A DNA stretch of 64,000 nucleotides from Candidatus Woesearchaeota archaeon (GCA_018221105.1 JAAOYA010000009.1:1-64000); one strand, 5' to 3'. Counted from the stretch's first letter, positions 1 through 10,350 are shown. Notes: generated by a model from the sequence alone, not told the origin. Translations and numbers: made by a program.

Positions 1-123
1 TCAAACAACTACAACATAGTAAGTGTTGTTGTAACCCCAAAAGTAGTCATTCAATTAGATACTCCAAAAGAAATAGCTTGTGACAGCAGAACAAAAACAA
101 TTTTAGAAAGCGCTTTTGTGTAA
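1..123 (+). CDS. 3' end of an upstream gene (partial, unknown product)
   Basis: Frame 1 is open from base 1 (SNNYNIVSVV...ILESAFV) to TAA at 121-123. Confidence 0.5.
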   Translation, partial: SNNYNIVSVVVTPKVVIQLDTPKEIACDSRTKTILESAFV

Positions 124-163
124 TTTAGTAACTTTTTTAATAAAAACAAGCTTTACTTCTAAA

Positions 164-1369
164 ATGCTTGAACAAACACTAAAAAACATACTACCTGAAA
201 AAAAAATCAACAAACAAGTAAAAAAAGTAGTTAACACTATAAAAAAAAGCTTGAAAAAAAATGGTGTGCACGCTCAAGTCTTTGTAGGCGGTAGCATAGC
301 AAAAAAAACAAATTTAGCAGATGATTATGATTGCGATCTTTTTGTTCGCTTTAACAAAAAAAAATATTTTGATAAAAACATTTCTGATATTTTAGAAAAA
401 ATAATAAGTTTTGAAGTAGAGAGAGTTCACGGCTCACGTGATTATTTTCAAACAATAATTGAAGGCGTAAAATACGAAATAGTTCCAGTGCTAAAAATAA
501 CAAAAGCAATTCAAGCGCAAAACATCACAGACGTCAGTCCATTACACGTTAAATGGGTAAAAAAATATCGCAAAAGCGATCAAATAAGACTATTAAAAGC
601 TTTTTGTAAAGCGCAAGACTGTTATGGTGCGGAAAGCTACAAAAAAGGTTTTTCAGGACACGTTTTAGATATTCTAACAATTTATTATGGCAGTTTTGAA
701 AAAGTCTTACGCGCAGCAATTGATTGGAAAGAAAAAACATTAATCGACGTAAAAAATTATCATATGGGAAAAATTAAGATCAACAAAGAAAAAATCAGCT
801 CTTTAATAGTCATTGATCCAATACAGCCAGAGCGCAACGCAGCAGCAGCACTATCGAGAGAAAAATTTGGATTATTTCAAAAAGCTGCCAGTGATTATCT
901 TGCAAACCCTTCAAAAAAGTTTTTTGAAAAAAAGAAACGAACAGTAGCGCAAATAAAAAAAGCAAACACTAAAACCAATCTGTTAATCTTTGAAGCAACA
1001 CCCCTAAATGGTAAAAATGATGTTGTAGGAGCAAAAATACTGAAAGTTTACGAGCATTTGAGAAAACAATTCATAATGCATGATTTCGTGCCATTAAATG
1101 ACGGGTGGTATTGGAACGCAAAAGCAATAATATACTTTGCTTTTGAGAAAAAACCATTAACAAAAACAACAATTCGCATAGGCCCGCCAATACACAATAA
1201 AAAAAACGCTGAGAACTTTCAAAAAATTTACGAAAATATCATTGTAAAAAACAAAAGATTATACGCAAAAGTATTGCGCGAGCATGTAAAACCGCAAACT
1301 CTAGCAAGCAAACTTTTAAAAACAAGCTACATTAAAAGTAGAGTAAACTCAATAAAAACCATGAGGTAA
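164..1369 (+). CDS. cca: Archaeal class I CCA-adding enzyme (tRNA nucleotidyltransferase)
   Basis: GGS-x-AK-x-T...D-x-D-LF nucleotidyltransferase motif, YGAESY..GFSG and DPIQPERNAAAALS; ATG 164 lies just downstream of a TATA-like element. Confidence 0.93.
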   Translation: MLEQTLKNILPEKKINKQVKKVVNTIKKSLKKNGVHAQVFVGGSIAKKTNLADDYDCDLFVRFNKKKYFDKNISDILEKIISFEVERVHGSRDYFQTIIEGVKYEIVPVLKITKAIQAQNITDVSPLHVKWVKKYRKSDQIRLLKAFCKAQDCYGAESYKKGFSGHVLDILTIYYGSFEKVLRAAIDWKEKTLIDVKNYHMGKIKINKEKISSLIVIDPIQPERNAAAALSREKFGLFQKAASDYLANPSKKFFEKKKRTVAQIKKANTKTNLLIFEATPLNGKNDVVGAKILKVYEHLRKQFIMHDFVPLNDGWYWNAKAIIYFAFEKKPLTKTTIRIGPPIHNKKNAENFQKIYENIIVKNKRLYAKVLREHVKPQTLASKLLKTSYIKSRVNSIKTMR

Positions 1370-1426
1370 TACTATGAAAGTATACTCATTAACATTCGTG
1401 ACTTTCAAAAACCAGGAGGTGAGTTT

Positions 1427-2173
1427 ATGAAAGCAATTATACTAGCCGCAGGCTATGCAACAAGACTATACCCTTTAACAATCGACACGCCAAAACCATT
1501 ACTTGAAGTGGCAAAAAAAGCAATCATTGAATACATAATAGAACACTTAGAATTAATCGATGAACTAACAGACATTTATGTTGTCACAAACAACAAATTC
1601 TATGAAACCTTCAAAAGCTGGAATGACAAAGTAGTCTATGGCAAGACAATACACGTCATCAACGACGGCACAAACACCAACGAAGATCGTTTAGGAGCAG
1701 TAGGAGACATGCACTACGTCATAGAACAAGAAAAAATTGATGATGACACATTCATAATAGGCGGTGACAACCTATTCGAGTTCAACCTTAAAAAAATGGC
1801 AGAGTTTTCAAAACAAAAAAACGCTTCAGTAATAGCAGCCTATGACATGTTAGACTTAGAAGAAGTGCGCAACAAATTTGGAGTGGTAGTAGTTGATGAT
1901 GACAATAAAATAATAGACTTTCAAGAAAAACCAGCAGAGCCAAAAAGTACTCTAGCAGCAACAGCATGCTATTTACTATCAAAAGAAGACCTAGAAGAAC
2001 TAGAAAAGTGCATTGCAGAAAATCGCAAGCCAGACAACTTAGGAGACTTCATCAAATACTTATCACAAAAAAAACCAGTCTATTGCATGACATTTAAAGA
2101 AGGATGGTTCGATATAGGAAGCCACGAACACTACAAAGAAGCACAAACACACTTTGAAAACAAAAAACAATGA
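1427..2173 (+). CDS. Sugar-phosphate nucleotidyltransferase (NTP_transferase family)
   Basis: AIILAAGYATRLYPLT..PKPLL, GGDNL, FQEKP, WFDIG motifs; GGAGGTG SD upstream. Confidence 0.9.
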   Translation: MKAIILAAGYATRLYPLTIDTPKPLLEVAKKAIIEYIIEHLELIDELTDIYVVTNNKFYETFKSWNDKVVYGKTIHVINDGTNTNEDRLGAVGDMHYVIEQEKIDDDTFIIGGDNLFEFNLKKMAEFSKQKNASVIAAYDMLDLEEVRNKFGVVVVDDDNKIIDFQEKPAEPKSTLAATACYLLSKEDLEELEKCIAENRKPDNLGDFIKYLSQKKPVYCMTFKEGWFDIGSHEHYKEAQTHFENKKQ

Positions 2174-2655
2174 ACAACACATTAATAATAATACTATTAA
2201 CGCTAGCACCGTTTCTAGAGTTAAGAGCTTCAATACCTTACGGAATAATAGTGGGGTTGAGTTGGCCTTTAGTGTTTGTTCTGGCAACAACAGTGAATAT
2301 AATATTAGGTTTTATTCTATACTTTTTCTTTGACAAAATAGTGCGAGTTGCAACCTCAATAGCTCCAATAAAAAGATTGTACGAGCAAAAAGTACTGAGC
2401 ACACAACAAAAACTACAACCCTATATTCACAAGTACGGAACATGGGGCTTAGCAATATTTATTGGCATACCGCTACCTGGAAGCGGGGTATACAGTGGTT
2501 CAATAGCAGCATATGCACTTGGAATGAAAAAAACTGATTTTTACAAAGCAATGATAATAGGAGTTTTGATTGCTGCTATACTTGTTACAATAATAATGCT
2601 CAGTGGCAGTACTGCATTTAATTGGTACTTAAAAACAGAAGTTTATTCCCGCTAA
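2170..2655 (+). CDS. COG2426 small multidrug-export-family membrane protein
   Basis: PFLELRASIP and IPLPGSGVYSG motifs; four hydrophobic segments. Confidence 0.85.
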   Translation: MNNTLIIILLTLAPFLELRASIPYGIIVGLSWPLVFVLATTVNIILGFILYFFFDKIVRVATSIAPIKRLYEQKVLSTQQKLQPYIHKYGTWGLAIFIGIPLPGSGVYSGSIAAYALGMKKTDFYKAMIIGVLIAAILVTIIMLSGSTAFNWYLKTEVYSR

Positions 2656-2688
2656 CTTTATAAATAGACCCGTCTTCTCGTGGGCTCT

Positions 2689-3690
2689 ATGCAAATCAAC
2701 AAAGAATTATTGGAAAATCAATTAACAGACATTATAGGACAACAGAACACCAAAGAACAACTAAAAAGTGCATTACTTACAAATCGCAACGTTGTAATAG
2801 TTGGAGCCCCAGGAATTGGCAAGACAACACTAGCAAAAAACATAGCAAGAATACTGCCAGATTTAGACGTAGCAGATTGCGCTTATCACTGCCTACCAAC
2901 AAAACCAGTGTGCCCACAATGCAAATCAAACAACACTAAAACAAAAAAAATCAGTGGAAGCGAGCGCTTTGTAAGAGTACAAGGAAGCCCTGATTTGACA
3001 AGCGAAGACCTATTAGGAGATATTGACCCGCAACTAGCACTAAAGCACGGAGCGCAAAGCATTCAAGCATTCACGCCAGGAAAAATCTTCAAAGCAAACA
3101 ATGGAATACTATTTTTTGACGAGTTAAACCGTTGCCCAGAAAAACTACAAAACGCATTATTGCAAGTGCTAGAAGAAAGAATAGTAACAATAGGAGGTTA
3201 CGATTTAGACTTTGAAGCAGACTTTTTGTTCATAGCAACAATGAACCCAGAAGACTCATCAACAGAACGCTTAAGCACAGTATTGATGGATCGTTTTGAC
3301 GTAATAGAAATGGCATACCCTCAAACAATAGAAGAAGAAATACAAATAGTGCAAGAAAAAGGCAAAAAACTAGCAGATTATCCAAGCGACTTATTAGAAG
3401 TTGCAATACAATTCGTACAATTACTACGCCAAAGCGACGCCCTAGAACACAAGCCAGGAGTGCGCGCTAGTCTTGGAATGTACGAGCGACCACAAGCAAA
3501 CGCGATAATAGCAGGGCGCAAACAAGTAAATTTTGAAGACATACAAAAAAGCGTTGTATCAGTAATAGCACATCGCATAAAACTAAAACCATCAATAAAA
3601 TACCAGCAAACACCACAACAATACTTAACAGAACAATTCAACAAATTCTGTGAAAACCTAGAGTTAGACCAAAAAGGTGGTGCTGGGTAG
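2689..3690 (+). CDS. MoxR/ChlI-like AAA+ ATPase
   Basis: Walker A GAPGIGKT, Walker B FFDELNR, ATMNP, DRF; Cys cluster CAYHC..PVCPQC. Confidence 0.88.
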   Translation: MQINKELLENQLTDIIGQQNTKEQLKSALLTNRNVVIVGAPGIGKTTLAKNIARILPDLDVADCAYHCLPTKPVCPQCKSNNTKTKKISGSERFVRVQGSPDLTSEDLLGDIDPQLALKHGAQSIQAFTPGKIFKANNGILFFDELNRCPEKLQNALLQVLEERIVTIGGYDLDFEADFLFIATMNPEDSSTERLSTVLMDRFDVIEMAYPQTIEEEIQIVQEKGKKLADYPSDLLEVAIQFVQLLRQSDALEHKPGVRASLGMYERPQANAIIAGRKQVNFEDIQKSVVSVIAHRIKLKPSIKYQQTPQQYLTEQFNKFCENLELDQKGGAG

Positions 3691-4870
3691 CGAGAGAGAA
3701 GACAAAAAAAGCTATGATTCACTAGAGCCAATAAAAGAAGTTGATGGAAGCCTCGCAAGCCAAAAGCAAGAAGACAAGTTAATGAAAACAGTCCTGCAAA
3801 GCGACAAAGACCAAGTAGATCAAGGAAAAGTAATAATAGAAGCCATCAACAAAGGCATCAACGCATTCAACCCAGACATAATGTTTGAAAACATGGCCAA
3901 CAATTTTTCAATGGCAAAAAAACTTTATGGCAAAACACTAATACGATTCCTAGCAGGCTATGATGATAGTTACGTAGAAAAAAATATCCGCATACCAGAA
4001 TTTAAAAAACAATTATCTGAGAACATCAAACACAACATAGAAAGATTACAAGACAACAAAATACTTGACAAAAAACACTTTCTAACAGACAATTCATACG
4101 AGCTAGCAGCAATAAACATATTACACGAAGAAGTAGACAAAGTAAGCGCCATAGGCAGTGGCGAGAAAACAAGCACTAAAAAAAGCCATTATGGACAAAA
4201 AACCGAGAGTCGTGATTATCGCAAAGGAGACCGATACAAAGACTTAGACATAAAAAAATCAATAAAAAAATCAATACGAAGAGGTCATAGCACAATACAA
4301 TTAGAAGACCTTAAAACATATGATCGTCAAAGCAGAGCAAAAAAATACATCATATACGCGCTAGACACTTCAGGCAGCATGAAAGGAGAAAAAATAGGCG
4401 TTTGCAAACGTGCAGGAATAGCACTAGCGTACAAAGCAATACAAGAAAAAGATCGTGTAGGACTGATAGTGTTTGGCGACAAAATAGAAAAAATAGTGCG
4501 TCCAACAAACAATTTTAGTGAAATAGTAAACAACATCATAGACTTAAAAGCCTCAAAAGAAACAGATATTTCTGCAGTAATAAAAAAAAGCATAGAATTA
4601 TATCCTAACGATGTTACAGGAGTAAAACATTTGATATTGCTATCTGATGCAATGCCAACAATAGGAAAAAAACCAGAAAAAAACACCTTAGACGCTGCAG
4701 GAATTGCAAAAGAAGCCAACATAACAATAAGCATCATTGGAATAAAACTAGACAAAGAAGGCGAAGAACTAGCAAAAAAAATCGTTGAAATCAGTGACGG
4801 AAAATTCTATTCAGTAAAAGAACTAGCAAACACAACAGCAATACTGCTAGAAGATTATTATTCAAGCTAA
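3677..4870 (+). CDS. VWA-domain protein (ChlD-like partner of the AAA+ ATPase)
   Basis: MIDAS DTSGS, TD and LLSD motifs; overlaps the ATPase gene. Confidence 0.88.
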   Translation: MVLGSEREDKKSYDSLEPIKEVDGSLASQKQEDKLMKTVLQSDKDQVDQGKVIIEAINKGINAFNPDIMFENMANNFSMAKKLYGKTLIRFLAGYDDSYVEKNIRIPEFKKQLSENIKHNIERLQDNKILDKKHFLTDNSYELAAINILHEEVDKVSAIGSGEKTSTKKSHYGQKTESRDYRKGDRYKDLDIKKSIKKSIRRGHSTIQLEDLKTYDRQSRAKKYIIYALDTSGSMKGEKIGVCKRAGIALAYKAIQEKDRVGLIVFGDKIEKIVRPTNNFSEIVNNIIDLKASKETDISAVIKKSIELYPNDVTGVKHLILLSDAMPTIGKKPEKNTLDAAGIAKEANITISIIGIKLDKEGEELAKKIVEISDGKFYSVKELANTTAILLEDYYSS

Positions 4871-4909
4871 ACAAAAAACTATATAAACAACCAACATTCT
4901 TTTTTTTCA

Positions 4910-5155
4910 ATGTCATTTATCACAACACTTGATTTAATAGCACAAATAGGAATAGCACTATTTGGGGTGACAGCATTAGTGCTGGTCGCTAGAAAAAACA
5001 AGTGGGGCTTTGTTCTAGGACTAATATCACAACCATTCTTTTTTATCACAGTAATCATCAACAAACAGTGGGGCATCTTCACACTAGCATTCATTTACAC
5101 ATTCACGTGGGCTTACGGCATCTACGAATGGTTCTACAAAGACGCAAAAAAGTAA
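4910..5155 (+). CDS. Small 3-TM PnuC-like membrane protein
   Basis: 81 aa, three hydrophobic helices, WGF..G...QP, QWG and YGIYEW motifs. Confidence 0.6.
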   Translation: MSFITTLDLIAQIGIALFGVTALVLVARKNKWGFVLGLISQPFFFITVIINKQWGIFTLAFIYTFTWAYGIYEWFYKDAKK

Positions 5156-5205
5156 AGTTTTAAATACGATACTTGTCAAAAAATACAGTATAAGCCTTTA
5201 AAACT

Positions 5206-8200
5206 ATGATTTTGAAAAAAAAAGAGTTGACAATATTATCCTTGCTAGCATTCTTGGTAATTCTAACAACAACAAGTTTAGCATGCACCACTCCAGTAGA
5301 TGACTTGTATATCAATAATGACACAGTACTGTGCAACGGAACATACAGTATTGCTGACACAGGGAATGGTTTAATTATCATAAATGCTTCAGATATTGTC
5401 ATAGAATGCAATAATACAATAATTAATGGAACATCTAATGGTATTGGTTTTAACATTACTGGCTTGGATAACGTGACTTTGAAAAATTGTGATATTCGTA
5501 ATTACGCCTCGCAATTATATATTGTGAGTGCTAAAAATACTATAATTGACAATACTTCTTTTATCAATGATCAATCTACTGCTATTAAGTTAATTTCATC
5601 AAATGATACTAGCATAATAAACAGCGATTTTTCCGGGTCTTCAAACGCACAAGTAATTAATGATACTGGTACAATAGCATTTAATGGATTATTTGAAAAC
5701 AATACTGTAAAAAACTATAATACAACCGTAATTGATTTTTCAGAAGCCTACAATTGGATTTTTAGAAATAATAATATTTATAACACTGCATATTTGACAG
5801 CAGGTTACACTGCAATAGTACAAGACAATATATTTAATAATTCTGCAAGTTATTTTTTATCAAAGGTACAAGATGATACACAAGTTTATAACAACACCTT
5901 TATGAATGCTCCATCCGCTATACATTTATTATTAGCAACAGCAGAATTTGCAAATAACACATTTACAAATATACAAACTGCTTTTGACAGGCCAGACAAC
6001 GCTGCCATAAAATTTTTGGGCGGCAACACTTTTACAAATGTTAGTGCCATAATGAATTGGACTTTAGACACAACAATTTTTATAAGAAATAGTCAACAAT
6101 TACCACAAGGTAATTATTTCTTAAATGATTCTGGTAATGACGGAGCAATAATAATCGACGCAGATAATATAGAGTTAGATTGCAATGGTGTTGTGCTCAA
6201 CGGTATGACTGTTGGTAAAGGTGTTGTTGATACTTCTAATTCCAATGTTACTATTAAGAATTGTGAAATCAGAGATTATAATGATGGGTTTAGTTTAACA
6301 GATGTTATCGATTTTGCCAGCGTCTCTAACGATTTCTCCAACTTACCAGGTGATGGCGTTGGGTGTTACAACAACTGCACACTTTTAAACATAACAGATA
6401 ACAGTTTTTACGCTGTGGGCTGGCCAATAGACCTTGACGGAACAGACTACTTTGACCAAATAACAATAGATAATGTAACCACTGAACTTGATGAAAGCTA
6501 CGGTATATATATTGATAACAACTTATTTAATTCAAACATAAGAAACGTCAAGATAAATAACAGCAACGGTGGATGGGGCGGAATATATATCGGTAGCGGT
6601 TATAATAATAACCTGACAAGTATCATAATTGAAAACAGCGATTCAGCAGCTCTAGAATTATACAGTTCATATAACACAGTAGTAGATAGTATAACAATAA
6701 CTTCAAACGCGAGAGAAGGCTTTGTTCTTTTAAGTTCTTACAACAACGTTTTTAAAAACACATTGATAACAAGTTGTGGGCGGGACGCGATAAAAATAAG
6801 CAACGCTGCGTCAGATAACAACACCTTTGAAAACATAACGATAACAAACACGAACGACGTATATTATGATTTGAACGTAGCCACAGCAGCTATTGATGGA
6901 ACAAAACTAATAGATACACACATCTCAAACTATACATTTGCTGGGGCTGGTGGAACACTAACAATAAAAGAATCAGGACTTGGCGAATTAAAGTATTTAC
7001 AAGTAGTTAATGGTAATGGGTATCACTTAAACGATGGAGACGCAAACGCGATTGTTAACATTGCTTCAAACCTTATAAGTGTCAGAAGCGACTTATCATC
7101 AGAGTTTAATAAAAGTGCAGAGCTTATTTTTTACTACACTGACAGTTTAGGATTTTCAAATAAAATACCTTATCGTAATGGGGTAATGTGTCCTGTAACT
7201 ATTTGTACAGAACTACAAGACGCTGACGTCTATATGTTTAATGTTACGCAGTTTTCAAATTATAGTGTAGGAGGGACAATACCTCTTGCTAATGACACAC
7301 TATTAAATCTTAGCACTACAGTACAAACTGATGGCTCAATAACAATATCTTGGAGTAATCAAAGCGGCGTAAAATATAATGTTTACAGAAATATTAGTGC
7401 TTTATCAGCTCCAGTTAGTAGTTTGCAAAGAATTGCTGCTAACATAACAACACTAAGCTATGTTGACACTAGTGTTAGTGCCAGCACAACATACTTTTAT
7501 GTCATAACAGTAAGTGATGCTAGCGGGGAAAACCAAAGCTCAATAACAAGCAATGTTAACGTTACAACACCTGCAACTTGTAGCAATGCGTATGGCGCGT
7601 GGGGTTCTTGGGGTGCTTGTTCAAGTTCACAACAATCAAGAACTCGCACAAGAACATGTTATGTAACCGTGGGCAACACTGATACTGATACTGGAACACA
7701 AAGTTGCACTTCAGGCGGTGGCGGAGGCGGTGGAGGTTCAAGTACAGCAACCGATGGCATAAGCCAATCAATTAGTTTATCAGAGATGAAAAATGGCACA
7801 AGCAATGTTAAGTTTTCAAAAGCAACAATTGACGTAGTAGAATTAGAAGTTGCCATATTAGAAAACAGTAACAAAGTAAAGTTTACAGTAACAAAACTAG
7901 CCACTAAACCAAAAATCCTGCCAGAGAAAGCAAAAGCTTACGGTTACTTATCTATTGATCATGAAAACCTTGAAGACAAATACATTAAATTTGCAAAAAT
8001 AAAGTTTAAACTCTCAAAAGAATGGATAGCGCAAAATGCTAGTTCTCCAACAAAAATAAAACTATACCGCTATACTACACAATGGGACGAGTTAGAAACA
8101 CGAATGTACCTACAAGACATTGTTAATTATTACTTTGAAGCAACAAGTCCTGGACTGTCATACTTTGTAATAGGGGTAGAAGGAGAAGAGCCGGAAGTAA

Positions 8201-8496
8201 CAGTTCAAGAGCAGGCAGAAACTCAAGAAGAAGACCTTGGCACAGCAGCACAAGAGGATCAAACAACAGCCGATCAAGAATCACAAGAAGAAAAAGCTGA
8301 AACTCAAAAATTTAACCCATTAAACAAGTTTAACAGGATATTATTTGGATTATTATTAACAATTGTAATAATTGCAACTTTTATGCTGCACCACCATCAC
8401 ATAATACAAGAAAAGAAAACAACAAAACAGCCTGAAAAGAAAAAAAGTACTTCCAAAAAAACAAAAAGAAGAAAATCAAGCACAAAGAAGTCCTAA
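5206..8496 (+). CDS. Large secreted, membrane-anchored surface protein (beta-helix/NosD-like repeats, FN3-like, TSP1-like, PGF-pre-PGF-like domain)
   Basis: Signal peptide, Asn-rich parallel beta-helix repeats, ITISW..YNVYR..YVD..YFYVITV FN3 pattern, poly-Gly linker, YFEATSPGLSYFVIG, C-terminal TM plus basic tail. Confidence 0.8.
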   Translation: MILKKKELTILSLLAFLVILTTTSLACTTPVDDLYINNDTVLCNGTYSIADTGNGLIIINASDIVIECNNTIINGTSNGIGFNITGLDNVTLKNCDIRNYASQLYIVSAKNTIIDNTSFINDQSTAIKLISSNDTSIINSDFSGSSNAQVINDTGTIAFNGLFENNTVKNYNTTVIDFSEAYNWIFRNNNIYNTAYLTAGYTAIVQDNIFNNSASYFLSKVQDDTQVYNNTFMNAPSAIHLLLATAEFANNTFTNIQTAFDRPDNAAIKFLGGNTFTNVSAIMNWTLDTTIFIRNSQQLPQGNYFLNDSGNDGAIIIDADNIELDCNGVVLNGMTVGKGVVDTSNSNVTIKNCEIRDYNDGFSLTDVIDFASVSNDFSNLPGDGVGCYNNCTLLNITDNSFYAVGWPIDLDGTDYFDQITIDNVTTELDESYGIYIDNNLFNSNIRNVKINNSNGGWGGIYIGSGYNNNLTSIIIENSDSAALELYSSYNTVVDSITITSNAREGFVLLSSYNNVFKNTLITSCGRDAIKISNAASDNNTFENITITNTNDVYYDLNVATAAIDGTKLIDTHISNYTFAGAGGTLTIKESGLGELKYLQVVNGNGYHLNDGDANAIVNIASNLISVRSDLSSEFNKSAELIFYYTDSLGFSNKIPYRNGVMCPVTICTELQDADVYMFNVTQFSNYSVGGTIPLANDTLLNLSTTVQTDGSITISWSNQSGVKYNVYRNISALSAPVSSLQRIAANITTLSYVDTSVSASTTYFYVITVSDASGENQSSITSNVNVTTPATCSNAYGAWGSWGACSSSQQSRTRTRTCYVTVGNTDTDTGTQSCTSGGGGGGGGSSTATDGISQSISLSEMKNGTSNVKFSKATIDVVELEVAILENSNKVKFTVTKLATKPKILPEKAKAYGYLSIDHENLEDKYIKFAKIKFKLSKEWIAQNASSPTKIKLYRYTTQWDELETRMYLQDIVNYYFEATSPGLSYFVIGVEGEEPEVTVQEQAETQEEDLGTAAQEDQTTADQESQEEKAETQKFNPLNKFNRILFGLLLTIVIIATFMLHHHHIIQEKKTTKQPEKKKSTSKKTKRRKSSTKKS

Positions 8497-8529
8497 ATTT
8501 TATATAGACATCAATATTTCTAAACTTTT

Positions 8530-9150
8530 ATGAGCAAAAAAGCATTACTTTTAATCAGTGGAGGACTTGACAGTCCAGTAGCAGGATGGCTAATGCGCGA
8601 GAAAGGCTTAGAAGTCTATGGAATATACTTTGATAACAGGCCTTTAGCTGACGCAAAAAGCTTTGAGAAAGTCAAAGAATTAAGCAAACTCATTGGATTA
8701 AAAAAATTATATGTAGTGCCGCACGGTGCTAACCAGCAAGAATTCATGAACATTGCTAACACACGCTTTCAATGTGTTTTTTGCAAGCGATTAATGTACA
8801 GGATGGCAGAGTGTATAGCAAAAGAAAAAGGTTTTGATTACTTGCTAACAGGCGAGAACCTTGGACAAGTCGCCAGTCAAACACTTGACAACCTAACATT
8901 AAACGATCAAAGTGTTAACATAATAGTGCTACGGCCGCTCTTAACTTGGTCAAAACAAGAAATTATAGACTTAGGGAAAACCATTGGAGTCTACGATATT
9001 AGCATACAAAAAAGCACTGGCTGCAAAGCACTACCAACAAACCCAGTAACAAAAGCAAAAAAAGAAAAAATATTGTTTGAAGAAAGCAAAATCAACATAG
9101 CACAATTAATAAAAATTAGTTTAGAGCAAATAAAAGAAGTGACACTATGA
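8530..9150 (+). CDS. ThiI-like PP-loop tRNA sulfurtransferase (catalytic domain only)
   Basis: SGGLDS PP-loop, CVFCKR, TGENLGQVASQT, LRPL; no N-terminal THUMP domain. Confidence 0.85.
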   Translation: MSKKALLLISGGLDSPVAGWLMREKGLEVYGIYFDNRPLADAKSFEKVKELSKLIGLKKLYVVPHGANQQEFMNIANTRFQCVFCKRLMYRMAECIAKEKGFDYLLTGENLGQVASQTLDNLTLNDQSVNIIVLRPLLTWSKQEIIDLGKTIGVYDISIQKSTGCKALPTNPVTKAKKEKILFEESKINIAQLIKISLEQIKEVTL

Positions 9151-10193
9151 GTTTGACAACAAAACAAATAAAAGAATTAAAAGAAGAACTAGACAATTGC
9201 AAAAAACCAATATACTTTTTTGACGATGACCCTGACGGACTATGCTCATTTCTATTATTTTATCGCTACAAAAGAGAAGGCAAAGGAGTAATAATAAAAC
9301 GTGCTCCAGGACTAGATTACACTTTTGCAAAAAAAGCAATAGAGTACGGCGCAGACAAAATATTCATATTAGACAAGCCAAAAATAGAGGAAAGCTTTAT
9401 TGAGAACATACCAAAAAAAATTCCAATAGTGTGGCTAGACCATCACTTACCACAAAAAACAACTTCCAACATTAAATATTTCAATCCAAAAATAGCTAAT
9501 TTAGATGAGTTGCGACCAACAAGTTATTGGGCGTACCTTGCAGTACAGCAAGACTTATGGATTGCAACAATTGGCTGCGTCAGCGATTGGACAGTGCCAA
9601 AAGACATTCTAACAACTTTCAAAAAAGAATATCCTAGTATAATGCCTAAATTGCCAAAAGATCCTTCGCAAGCACTCTACGAGCAAACAATTGGCAAACT
9701 ATCACGCTTATACTCTTTTTTATTAAAGGGCGCTATTAAAGACATTGACAAATCAATAAAAATCTTAACAAGAATAAAAACACCACAAGAACTATTAGAT
9801 AATACCACTCCAGCAGCCAATTACTTACACAAGCGCTTTGAAAAAATCAATGTAGAATACAAAGAATTATTTGCAAAAGCTAATAAAAAAACAAAAAGTA
9901 AACTATTACACTTTAACTACTTTGAAACAAGCAATAGTTTCACAGGAGACATCTCAAACGAGTTAATATACTATAATCCAGAAAAACTAATCATTGTAAG
10001 TCGCAAAAAAGGAGACGACATGCGAATGAGCCTTCGAAGTGGTACTATAAAAGTACGACCAATACTAGAAAAAGCATTAATCGGAGTTGATGGTCACGGC
10101 GGAGGACACTTACACGCTTGCGGTGCAAGCGTTAAAACAAAAGATTTTGACAAATTCCTACAAACAATCAAAGAAGAACTAGGAGAAAAGTAA
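9147..10193 (+). CDS. DHH/DHHA1 phosphoesterase (RecJ/NrnA-like nuclease)
   Basis: DDDPDG, LDK, LDHH and GGGH..ACG motifs. Confidence 0.88.
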   Translation: MSLTTKQIKELKEELDNCKKPIYFFDDDPDGLCSFLLFYRYKREGKGVIIKRAPGLDYTFAKKAIEYGADKIFILDKPKIEESFIENIPKKIPIVWLDHHLPQKTTSNIKYFNPKIANLDELRPTSYWAYLAVQQDLWIATIGCVSDWTVPKDILTTFKKEYPSIMPKLPKDPSQALYEQTIGKLSRLYSFLLKGAIKDIDKSIKILTRIKTPQELLDNTTPAANYLHKRFEKINVEYKELFAKANKKTKSKLLHFNYFETSNSFTGDISNELIYYNPEKLIIVSRKKGDDMRMSLRSGTIKVRPILEKALIGVDGHGGGHLHACGASVKTKDFDKFLQTIKEELGEK

Positions 10194-10229
10194 ACTTTTT
10201 AAATAAAACACAAATCTTGTCTATTATGC

Positions 10230-10320
10230 GCGCCGGTGGTCTAATGGCTATGACTTCGGCCTTCCAAACCACTTGTGGTGAAGTGAGCCGAGTATCCGGG
10301 TTCAAATCCCGGCCGGCGCA
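10230..10320 (+). tRNA. tRNA-Gly(TCC) with a 19-nt intron at 37/38 (10267-10285)
   Basis: GCGCCGG/CCGGCGC acceptor stem, TCGGC/GCCGA anticodon stem, TTCAAAT T-loop; BHB with CTTC/GAAG helix and CAA/TGA bulges; CCA not encoded. Confidence 0.93.
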
Positions 10321-10350
10321 TCAATCCTCACATTTCTAATGCAATGAAAA

